A DNA stretch of 64,000 nucleotides from a virus. Below are positions 30,353 through 39,131 of this stretch, one piece after another. The position numbers and the translations under genes are program-made. The stretch's first letter is position 1; each line of letters begins with the position of its first letter. The stretch is taken from IMG/VR virus record IMGVR_UViG_3300030108_005444, positions 1-64,000 of that record; one strand, given 5' to 3'. The notes beneath the pieces are model-generated. The model was not told the DNA's origin. It did not search any database and saw only the letters and a list, made by a program, of their open reading frames with translations.

Positions 30353-31692
30353 ACGATTTAGAATTCAAACAAAAATATTTAGACAGCAAATCTCCTTCTT
30401 TTTGTGCGGCCAAATGGTACAATGCTACAATATGGTTAGGAAGTGGCATGACAACAAGTTGTCATCATCCCTTGCCACATAAAATTGACATTGAAGAAAT
30501 AAAACATAATCCAAGTGCTATTCATAATACAAAAGAAAAAAAAGCACAAAGGAGACAGATGCAGTGTGGTGAAAGGCCATCAGGGTGCGAATACTGTTGG
30601 AAAATTGAAGATATCGGCAGGGATTCGATCAGCGATAGAGTATACAAGTCAAAAATTTACACAGATAACGATCTCGACTTAGCTTATCAATCAGATCATC
30701 AAAGAGATTTTAACTTACGCACATTAGAAATTGCTTTTGATAGGACTTGTAATTTTGCTTGTTCATACTGTAATCCAGCATTCAGCACTACATGGGCAAG
30801 GGATATTAACCAAGGTGGCCCATACACAGACATGACCACAGATGGTAGAAATCATTTTACACATTCTCATGCTTCTGCTGAACCATACAAAAAGGATGAG
30901 ACTAATCCTTATGTGGAAGCATTTTATAAATGGTGGGAGTCTGATCTACACAAAAGTTTAGATGAACTGAGAATTACAGGTGGCGAGCCTATGATGAGTC
31001 CAAATTTATGGAGATTACTCGATTGGATTGAAACACAAGGTCATAAGATGAATCCTAAGATGCGAATTGCCATTAACAGTAACCTTGGCGCAAAACAATC
31101 AATAATTGACCGTTTCAAACAAAAATTGAAGAATTTCAAAAACTTTCACTTGTATACCAGTAACGAATCCATAGGTACTAATGCTGAATATATTAGGGAT
31201 GGTTTGAATTATACACAGTGGCACGAAAATATGTTGTCTATGATGAAAGAGAATATTCCCTCTGAAATACACAACATGGCAACAATTAATGCTTTGTGTT
31301 TAGAAACATTACCACAGTTTTTAGAAAGTTTAGTTGAATTGAAAACCGCTTGTAAATTATATGGACCCAGTTTAAACTTTACTTTAAATATTTTGAGATT
31401 TCCAAGTTTTCAATCTCCGTTGGTATTACCCAACGAACTAAGAAATACATTTAAGGATAATTTAGAAAAGTTTTTAGCCAAAAACAAAAAATACTTGGAA
31501 CATATGGAAGTGAATCATACTCAACGATTGATTGATTATTTAGATGTCGTGAAAACTCCACATGCAGGAGCGGCCACACAGGAAAAACTCCAGAAAGATT
31601 TTAAAGTTTTTTATAGCCAATATGATAAAAGAAGAGGAAAAGACTTCAAAAAAACTTTTCCTATTATAGGGGAGTGGTATGGCCAACTATGA
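30349..31692 (+). CDS. Radical SAM protein, copy 2
   Basis: CNFACSYC, TGGEP; N-terminal CAAKW..SCHH..CEYCW; ATGA overlap at 30349. Confidence 0.9.
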   Translation: MNDLEFKQKYLDSKSPSFCAAKWYNATIWLGSGMTTSCHHPLPHKIDIEEIKHNPSAIHNTKEKKAQRRQMQCGERPSGCEYCWKIEDIGRDSISDRVYKSKIYTDNDLDLAYQSDHQRDFNLRTLEIAFDRTCNFACSYCNPAFSTTWARDINQGGPYTDMTTDGRNHFTHSHASAEPYKKDETNPYVEAFYKWWESDLHKSLDELRITGGEPMMSPNLWRLLDWIETQGHKMNPKMRIAINSNLGAKQSIIDRFKQKLKNFKNFHLYTSNESIGTNAEYIRDGLNYTQWHENMLSMMKENIPSEIHNMATINALCLETLPQFLESLVELKTACKLYGPSLNFTLNILRFPSFQSPLVLPNELRNTFKDNLEKFLAKNKKYLEHMEVNHTQRLIDYLDVVKTPHAGAATQEKLQKDFKVFYSQYDKRRGKDFKKTFPIIGEWYGQL

Positions 31693-32959
31693 AGATAAGT
31701 TACCTAACAAGTATAAGTTAAAGGATCTAACCACCCTAGAAAAAACTTATTTGACTGCCAGCAAATATTTTTGTATGCTACCATGGACGCATCTTCATTC
31801 TTATCCAAATGGAGACGCTTATCCTTGCTGTTTAGCATCACACAAACACCCAATAGGAACTATGCGTGAACAAACTATTGAACAATTGTGGAATAATGAT
31901 GAAATGAGACAGTTAAGACAAAATATGTTACAAGAAAAATCTAGTAAACAGTGTGTCAAATGTTATGAACAAGAAAATAATGGATGGACATCAATGCGTA
32001 AATCTGCTAACAAACATTTTGGTCATCATATCAAAGAAGTCCATGACACTAAACCAAATGGTCATTACGATAAAGTTAATATGATTTATTGGGACATAAG
32101 ATTTTCAAACTTGTGTAATCTTTCGTGCAGATACTGTGGAACTTATTTTTCATCAAACTGGTATGATGATCAAGTTGCACTGTTTGGCAAACCTAATCAT
32201 CCAAAGGTAACCTATGCCGGTAGATCAAAAACTGATGCCTATGATCAATTAATAAACTATTTGCCAATGGTAGAGCAAGTATATTTTGCTGGCGGCGAGC
32301 CACTAATTATGGAAGAACATTATAAAATATTGAAAGCATTAATTGATATTGGGAAAGCAGACCAAGTTAGGCTGATATACAATACAAATTTCACAAAACT
32401 GTCTTATAAGAAATTAAATGTGCTAGATCTTTGGCCCGAGTTCAAGGATGTGTCAGTTGGAGCTTCTCTTGATGCCATGGGTCCTAGAGCAGAACTTGTT
32501 AGAAATGGGACTGTTTGGAAGGACGTCGAAAATAATCGCGAACAAATGTTGAAGAAATGTCCTAAAGTAGACTTTTATATAAGTGCAACATTATCTGCTT
32601 TCAACCATAGACATGTCATTGATTTTCATAACGAATGGGTAGACAAAGGCTTTATTAAGTGGCAAGACTGGAATATGAATGTTGTTCAAGACCCAGAACA
32701 TTATAGAGCTGATATTCTCCCACTCTCTGTTAAGGAAAAAGTGACTGTGGAATATCAACAACACATTGAAAAAATTGAACCTTTTGATCATTTAGGAAGA
32801 GCAACTAATGGTTTTAGAAGTGCGATAAAATTTATAAACTCCACAGATAATACAAAGTTATTGCCAAAATTTCGCAAATACGTAGAACTGTTGGATAAAA
32901 GAAGACAACAAAACACATTACAGGTCTTTCCTGAACTAAAAGAGGTGATCAATGAATAA
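31679..32959 (+). CDS. Radical SAM protein, copy 3
   Basis: CNLSCRYC, AGGEP; N-terminal CMLPW..PCC..CVKC. Confidence 0.9.
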   Translation: MANYEDKLPNKYKLKDLTTLEKTYLTASKYFCMLPWTHLHSYPNGDAYPCCLASHKHPIGTMREQTIEQLWNNDEMRQLRQNMLQEKSSKQCVKCYEQENNGWTSMRKSANKHFGHHIKEVHDTKPNGHYDKVNMIYWDIRFSNLCNLSCRYCGTYFSSNWYDDQVALFGKPNHPKVTYAGRSKTDAYDQLINYLPMVEQVYFAGGEPLIMEEHYKILKALIDIGKADQVRLIYNTNFTKLSYKKLNVLDLWPEFKDVSVGASLDAMGPRAELVRNGTVWKDVENNREQMLKKCPKVDFYISATLSAFNHRHVIDFHNEWVDKGFIKWQDWNMNVVQDPEHYRADILPLSVKEKVTVEYQQHIEKIEPFDHLGRATNGFRSAIKFINSTDNTKLLPKFRKYVELLDKRRQQNTLQVFPELKEVINE

Positions 32960-34097
32960 AATATGCACTCTTCCATGGATGCATCTTGAAACAACTCCTT
33001 TAGGGGAATTTAGGCCATGCTGTCTTGCTGAGGAAACTATTCCTGACTATAATATTTCTAGAGGTGACACAATTAATAATGCTTTTAATTCTGCCTACAT
33101 GGAAAATTTACGACAACAATTTTTAGACGGTAAACAACCAAAAACATGTTCAAAGTGTTGGTCTCTTGAATCAGCTGGGGGCACATCTAAAAGGATGATA
33201 TCAAACAAAAAGTTTGGCGTAGACACATCACAAAAACGCCTTAAGTTTTTAGATCTAAAACTTGGAAACATATGTAATCTTAAGTGTAGGATATGTGGCG
33301 CCTGGTCTTCTTCAAAATGGGCTCAAGAAGAAATTGAACTTGGCAACCCAACAGCACGTGACTGGCTTGCTCAAGGTCGATGGCCAAGGCAAAAAAACAA
33401 AGTATGGAACGAAATTATATCGCTTCTACCATATGTAGAATATTTTGAATTCACAGGAGGAGAACCATTTTTAATTAAAGAACATTTTGATATACTTGAA
33501 AAAAGTGTTGAATTAGGAACAAGTAAAAAACAACAAATACACTACAATACAAATGGAACAACATTTCCTACTCATGCTGTTGAAAATATATGGCCACACT
33601 TCAAAGAAGTAGAAATAGCATTTAGCGTTGATGATATAGGAGAAAGGTTTGAGTATCAAAGATTTCCTGCTGTTTGGCAAAAGGTAAATGAAAACATTAG
33701 AAAATTTAATGCGTTAAAAAAAACACATAAAAATATTAAGACACAAGTTTGTTGTACAATAAACATGCAGAATATTTTTAATCTTGAAGCAGTGGCAAAC
33801 TGGATTCAATCCCAATCATTTGACTACGTGTTCTACAATTATCTACATGAAGCAAAAGAATGGAACGTGCAGTATTTGCCAAAAAATTATAAGCAATTCA
33901 TACAAACAAAACTATTGAATAACAAGTCTCCAGGAATTCACAAGGAAGAGTTAGGAAAAGCATTAGTGTTTATGATGGATAAAGATTTAGGTGACGATCA
34001 AATACATTGGCAAAGATCTCAAAAAATCAAAGCAAGTGATAATTTTAGAAATCAATCATTTGTAAAGGTACATCCAGAATATCAAGGGTTACTATGA
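32952..34097 (+). CDS. Radical SAM protein, copy 4
   Basis: CNLKCRIC, TGGEP; N-terminal CTLPW..PCC..CSKC. Confidence 0.9.
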   Translation: MNKICTLPWMHLETTPLGEFRPCCLAEETIPDYNISRGDTINNAFNSAYMENLRQQFLDGKQPKTCSKCWSLESAGGTSKRMISNKKFGVDTSQKRLKFLDLKLGNICNLKCRICGAWSSSKWAQEEIELGNPTARDWLAQGRWPRQKNKVWNEIISLLPYVEYFEFTGGEPFLIKEHFDILEKSVELGTSKKQQIHYNTNGTTFPTHAVENIWPHFKEVEIAFSVDDIGERFEYQRFPAVWQKVNENIRKFNALKKTHKNIKTQVCCTINMQNIFNLEAVANWIQSQSFDYVFYNYLHEAKEWNVQYLPKNYKQFIQTKLLNNKSPGIHKEELGKALVFMMDKDLGDDQIHWQRSQKIKASDNFRNQSFVKVHPEYQGLL

Positions 34098-35419
34098 CAT
34101 ATTTTAAACCAAGTGAAGGCAACAAAACGTTTTGTATGGCGCCTTGGACCCATACATATTTGTCGCCACAATCAGAGCGAAGATTGTGTTGTGCATCGAC
34201 TGAACCAGCACAAAATTTTAAACAGTACATTGATACTAATGGTGGCACTAACACATACAATCCTATGTCTCTGGACGAATGGTGGAACTCTGATCATTTG
34301 AAGTCTGTCAGGAAGAGAATGCTTAAAGGAGAGGAACTTCCTGAATGTCAAGTGTGTAACAAAAAATTATTGCACACCACTGTGTATAGGGATCATTTTA
34401 ATATGCTTTTTAAAGATATAATAGATCAAGCATATCAAAACACAAAAGAAGATGGGTCAACTGACATGAAATGTGTAAGCTTTGATTATAGGTTTTCTAA
34501 TCTATGTAATTTCATGTGTAGAATGTGTGGCTCTAATTTAAGTTCAAGTTGGGAAGCAGAAGAAAAAAAATACATTGAAGGATTTGAGAATGAAAGATTA
34601 TGGGCCACTAAGGAAAACAAGAAAAAAATGGACGAATTTGTTATCAACATTGCGGAACCAGAGTTTGAAGAAGCTATTACTGATAGAAGAATTAGAGAAA
34701 TATATTGGGTAGGCGGTGAACCATTAATGTATCCACAACATTGGAAATATATGAAAATGTTAACAGATAATAATTTAGGCAATCAGGTCTATGCTAGATA
34801 CAACACCAATCTAAGTAGAATTGTTTTTAATAAAATTAACTTGTTCGATGATATATTAAAAAATTTTAGTGCTTGGGAAGTATGTGCTTCAATTGACGGA
34901 ACAAACCAAATTGGCGAATATGTAAGAACTGGACTAGATTATAATAAGTTTATTGAAAACTTTGAACATGGATTAAAGTTTGCTAATGGAAGAAACAAAA
35001 GGTTAAATTTGGATTTTACCATTACTACCCCTGGTTTGTTTGAAATAGAAAAAATGTTTGAACTAAGTTTAAAGTATGATGTTAATATTATTACTAAAAC
35101 TACATTTGCTTTTACTTCTAATGTTTTTATGAGTCCTTTAGTATTGCCAAGGAAAATACTAACAAGAATTATAAATGATGTGCTTAATAAAATAAAACCT
35201 AGAGCAACAATGAAGCAAAAGGGAATGATAGATATACTTGAAGGATATAGTCAAAGGCAAACATTTGAAGAAGACTATGATGATTGGTTTACAGGCAGAA
35301 GTAAAGGAAAAGCATTTTTACTCGAAATGGAAGCTAGGAGGAAAAATCCAATTACAATGGAAGAAGTTATGAAAAAAGATGAGGAAATGTATGATTGGTG
35401 GAGATCAATTGAAGTATAA
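34094..35419 (+). CDS. Radical SAM protein, copy 5
   Basis: CNFMCRMC, VGGEP; N-terminal CMAPW..LCC..CQVC. Confidence 0.9.
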   Translation: MTYFKPSEGNKTFCMAPWTHTYLSPQSERRLCCASTEPAQNFKQYIDTNGGTNTYNPMSLDEWWNSDHLKSVRKRMLKGEELPECQVCNKKLLHTTVYRDHFNMLFKDIIDQAYQNTKEDGSTDMKCVSFDYRFSNLCNFMCRMCGSNLSSSWEAEEKKYIEGFENERLWATKENKKKMDEFVINIAEPEFEEAITDRRIREIYWVGGEPLMYPQHWKYMKMLTDNNLGNQVYARYNTNLSRIVFNKINLFDDILKNFSAWEVCASIDGTNQIGEYVRTGLDYNKFIENFEHGLKFANGRNKRLNLDFTITTPGLFEIEKMFELSLKYDVNIITKTTFAFTSNVFMSPLVLPRKILTRIINDVLNKIKPRATMKQKGMIDILEGYSQRQTFEEDYDDWFTGRSKGKAFLLEMEARRKNPITMEEVMKKDEEMYDWWRSIEV

Positions 35420-36092
35420 AAAACTAGTTTCTGCTGGATGTTCATTTATACAAGGCAGTGAATTAGGAGACGAAGTTCCATATTCGAAAAACACATATCC
35501 AGCACTATTAGCCAAACATTATAATTTAGATTATGATTGTATTGCTTATCCTTCTGCTTCAAACCAAGGGATTGCCAAAAAAATATTTGATTACAAAAAT
35601 ATTCAAGAATGTTTGTTTGTTGTGCAGTGGACTTTTCCAAGTAGATTAGGAGTTGATTTATCATACAATTATTTTGATAAAAATAAAAATAAAACAAACT
35701 GGTTTGACCTTGCCCCTAATAATTGGGATCTAATTGATCATTTTCATGAATATAGAGAATACACACAACAACTCAAAGATTTGGGCATAGATAAATTATC
35801 AAACACAATATACAAGCATATTGGGAATGACAGCCATTTTTTGTTTCAATCAAAAATCTGTATGGATGCTGTTAGATTACACCTAAGCAATGGTGATGCA
35901 CAATTTTTGTTTATAGCTGGATGTAATTCTTTGTTGGATTATCCACAAATTATTTCCTTTGAAAACAAAGGATTTGTTGAATGGTGCCATGCTAAAAAAT
36001 TCAAAGTGGGACAATACAAACATCCTCTGCATGATGCTCATCGATTTGCTTTCGAGTATATTTCGAAAAACGTAAATATTCAAAATGATTAG
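35379..36092 (+). CDS. SGNH-hydrolase-like protein (possible acyl esterase/transferase); start uncertain
   Basis: GCSFIQG (block I-like Ser), SASNQGI, VQWTFPSR, C-terminal HPLHDAH. Confidence 0.5.
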   Translation: MRKCMIGGDQLKYKKLVSAGCSFIQGSELGDEVPYSKNTYPALLAKHYNLDYDCIAYPSASNQGIAKKIFDYKNIQECLFVVQWTFPSRLGVDLSYNYFDKNKNKTNWFDLAPNNWDLIDHFHEYREYTQQLKDLGIDKLSNTIYKHIGNDSHFLFQSKICMDAVRLHLSNGDAQFLFIAGCNSLLDYPQIISFENKGFVEWCHAKKFKVGQYKHPLHDAHRFAFEYISKNVNIQND

Positions 36093-36189
36093 ATGGATAA
36101 AAAAGTTATTTTACAAAGTTCGATTAGAGATCCAATATCGGAAAAAAATCAGAGAATTAAAAAAGAAAGATCCTTTCATATACCACTAG
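36085..36189 (+). CDS. Small basic protein (34 aa) MIRWIKKLFYKVRLEIQYRKKIRELKKKDPFIYH, not in the ORF track
   Basis: Translated by hand; TAAATA at 36073-36078 lies exactly 6 nt before its ATG, as for the late genes. Confidence 0.7.
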   Translation: MIRWIKKLFYKVRLEIQYRKKIRELKKKDPFIYH

Positions 36190-36206
36190 AAGTTGATCAT
36201 TACGGC

Positions 36207-36674
36207 ATGATCAAAGGAAATATTGCGGGATGGATGCACATCGATGAAGCTCAAGTGTTATGTGAATCTGTTGTTGGTAGGACACACTGCTTAGAACTTG
36301 GCACACACAAAGGATTAAGCACATCATTAATAGCATTGGCTAATCCACATGCTAAAATTATAACTACAGAAATATTTTTAGATCTTACTAATCAAGCAAA
36401 ACAAAATTGTAAAAATTTAAATAATATTAACTTTATTACAACTGATAGTAATGATTGGTTAGCAGATTGTAAAACAAAATTTGATTGGGTGTTTGTTGAT
36501 CATTGTCATGACAAAGATTATATGGATGTTACCATGGAGTTATTGCCATCACGCCTGCAGGATAATCATAAGGTTTTATTACATGATACACACTTAGATG
36601 GTGTTCGATCACAACTGAAAAAATTTAAGGACTATACAGTACATAGAAATCTTGGCATAGGAAAATTTTGGTAG
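36207..36674 (+). CDS. Class I SAM-dependent methyltransferase (Methyltransf_24-like)
   Basis: LELGTHKGLST motif I, FDWVFVDHCH, VLLHD; start reassigned to MIKGNIAGW because the track's N-terminus overlaps the small ORF. Confidence 0.8.
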   Translation: MIKGNIAGWMHIDEAQVLCESVVGRTHCLELGTHKGLSTSLIALANPHAKIITTEIFLDLTNQAKQNCKNLNNINFITTDSNDWLADCKTKFDWVFVDHCHDKDYMDVTMELLPSRLQDNHKVLLHDTHLDGVRSQLKKFKDYTVHRNLGIGKFW

Positions 36675-36685
36675 TATAATTTAGT

Positions 36686-37678
36686 ATGAAGAAAAAACTT
36701 TCTATTTGGGAACCAATAGCACAAGGAGTGCCATCTGAAGACTTCATAAAAATTCTATCAAAACATTTTACACATTGTTTAGAGAATAATATTGATATTG
36801 TTTTAGACTTTTTTCCAGAAGGTCCTAATTTATATGAAAACAATATTTGGGGATTGATACAAAATGTCTGTAATTCATTTGATGTTGACACATCCAATAT
36901 CCAGATTGAAATTTGTGATTTCAATGCTGACTATCCTTGTAAGGTTATAAAAAGACAGCCTTACTGGTTCAATGCTCTATATAAGTTTCCAGATCTATTT
37001 GATCATACAATAAATCCTAAAATTGAAAAATTATTTGGACATTTTGTAGGGAGGCCAAGTTGGGATAGATTAGTTCTACATTCTACAATAAAACAAACTA
37101 ACAATAGTCTGTTCACTTTTTGGCAAGGTAAAGATAAGCCTGCTTCATACCAAAAAACTTTACAAAATATACAAAAATTATACCCAAATGATTATGAAAA
37201 ATATAAAAAAATTTTAGACGCGACGCCACATTCGAACATAAAAATGAAGCCAGTTTATAAAGACTTCACAACTTTTCCGCGAAACGTATATCCTCTAAAA
37301 CCTTATTATCAAAAAATATTTGTTGATATTGTAAGTGAAACATTTATCTATGATCGCACATGCTTTATCACGGAAAAAACAGCAAGACCTATTGTGTTTA
37401 GAACTCCATTTATTATAATGGGTGGCCTTGGTTTCTTGAAAATATTGAAGGAATTAGGTTTCAAAACTTTTGACAAATGGTGGCCTGAGGAGTATGACAA
37501 CTACAGTGGCCAAGAAAGAGTAAAACAAATTCAGCAAGTAATTAAATTAATACAAGCCAAGGACAATATCGAACAAATAAAAAATGAAATGTTACCTGTA
37601 GTAGAACACAATTATAAACATCTAATGTCACGCAGTTGGAATCAATTCGCAAAAAAATTAGGACTTAATCATGTCTAA
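36686..37678 (+). CDS. Putative GT-B-like sugar/phospho-transferase, paralogue family A
   Basis: VDIVSETF..FITEKTARP..PFIIMG..LKELGFKTF..YD, shared with 48144 and 53127. Confidence 0.5.
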   Translation: MKKKLSIWEPIAQGVPSEDFIKILSKHFTHCLENNIDIVLDFFPEGPNLYENNIWGLIQNVCNSFDVDTSNIQIEICDFNADYPCKVIKRQPYWFNALYKFPDLFDHTINPKIEKLFGHFVGRPSWDRLVLHSTIKQTNNSLFTFWQGKDKPASYQKTLQNIQKLYPNDYEKYKKILDATPHSNIKMKPVYKDFTTFPRNVYPLKPYYQKIFVDIVSETFIYDRTCFITEKTARPIVFRTPFIIMGGLGFLKILKELGFKTFDKWWPEEYDNYSGQERVKQIQQVIKLIQAKDNIEQIKNEMLPVVEHNYKHLMSRSWNQFAKKLGLNHV

Positions 37679-39131
37679 AATTGTTTGGGGCATATCTGCT
37701 TTGTTTCATGATGCTGGATTGTCCGTAATAAAAGACAATGAACTGGTATTTGGCGCTCATGCTGAAAGATACTCAGGCGTAAAACATGACGATAAATTAA
37801 ACCGAAACTTAATCAAGGAAGCATTAAAATATGGCCATCCTGATCATGTGGTATGGTATGAGAATCCTTGGAAGAAAAGATTAAGACAAATTTTTTCAAC
37901 AGAAGTTTTTTATGGGAAGTGGTGTCCTAATCCAAAAAAATATCTCCATAATTTCGGGATAAGATGTCCTGTATCATTTGTTGATCATCATTATTCACAT
38001 GCTTGTGCGGGTGCGTACACTTCTGAATATAGTAGGGCAATTGTTGTGGTTATAGATGCTATTGGCGAACTTGACACTTGCTCAGTATGGGAATATAGCA
38101 AAGACTTAGGCCTATTTAAAAAATGGTCTGTGAAATATCCCACATCCATGGGCCTGCTCTATTCAGCCTTCACAAAACGTTGTGGACTAAAACCAATGGA
38201 TGAAGAGTATATTACAATGGGTATGGCGGCATGGGGAAAGCCAATCTATGTTGAACAAATTAAAATGGATTTTATAGAATCTTACAATCCTTTCAAAATG
38301 AAACGTAATGTACACAAAGGCATTGCTGACTATCTGCCTGATGCTAATCCAATGGATCTTGCGGCCTCAATACAATGTATCGCAGAAGAATTTATAACCA
38401 CTTTTATTCAACAAGCGGTCAACCATCACGATAATCTACCAGTCATATATCAAGGAGGAGTGGCACTTAATTGTGTTGCCAATACCAAACTGCTGGACAT
38501 ATGTAAACATGGATTATGGATCATGCCAAATCCAGGCGATTGTGGAAGTTCTGTGGGAGCGGCATTGTCCTACACAAAAAAACCCATTATTTGGCCTGGA
38601 CCCTATATTGGCACTGATATTCGTAAACCATACCCTGTAGACGCTTGTATCACTGAATTAAGCACCAATAAAATGGTGGGTGTAGCGTCTGGACGTGCTG
38701 AATTTGGGCCTAGAGCACTAGGACATAGATCGCTTCTAGCAGATCCAAGAGGGCATGATATCAAGGATAAAGTAAATGAAATTAAACGTAGACAAAAGTT
38801 TCGTCCATTTGCGCCTGCCATACTTGAAGAACATTTACATGATTATTTTGAAATAAACACCGACACTTCACCTTACATGCAGTATGTAGGAATTTGTAAG
38901 CATCCAGATAAATTTCCTGCCATTGTACATATAGATGGTACATCAAGAATACAAACTGTAGGAAAGTCTGATTCAACTGGTTTTAGGAAACTGTTAGAAA
39001 AGTGGTATGCTAAGACAGGTTGTCCAATGCTATTAAACACGTCCCTGAACATCAGGGGAAAGCCAATGGTTAATAATCGAGATGATGCTGATCAGTTTGA
39101 AAATGAATATGGCATTAAAGTTTTATCATAA
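37671..39131 (+). CDS. O-carbamoyltransferase (NodU/CmcH/TobZ family)
   Basis: FHDAG, AERYSGVKHD, DHHYSHA, GGVALNCVAN, PGDCG, EFGPRALGHRS, FRPFAP, HIDGTSRIQTV, LLNTSLN. Confidence 0.95.
   Translation: MSKIVWGISALFHDAGLSVIKDNELVFGAHAERYSGVKHDDKLNRNLIKEALKYGHPDHVVWYENPWKKRLRQIFSTEVFYGKWCPNPKKYLHNFGIRCPVSFVDHHYSHACAGAYTSEYSRAIVVVIDAIGELDTCSVWEYSKDLGLFKKWSVKYPTSMGLLYSAFTKRCGLKPMDEEYITMGMAAWGKPIYVEQIKMDFIESYNPFKMKRNVHKGIADYLPDANPMDLAASIQCIAEEFITTFIQQAVNHHDNLPVIYQGGVALNCVANTKLLDICKHGLWIMPNPGDCGSSVGAALSYTKKPIIWPGPYIGTDIRKPYPVDACITELSTNKMVGVASGRAEFGPRALGHRSLLADPRGHDIKDKVNEIKRRQKFRPFAPAILEEHLHDYFEINTDTSPYMQYVGICKHPDKFPAIVHIDGTSRIQTVGKSDSTGFRKLLEKWYAKTGCPMLLNTSLNIRGKPMVNNRDDADQFENEYGIKVLS

Noticed and set aside
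36093-36206. N-terminal extension of the methyltransferase given in the ORF track
   Set aside because: It overlaps a better-supported 34-aa ORF with a promoter motif, and the methyltransferase fold begins after ATG 36207.
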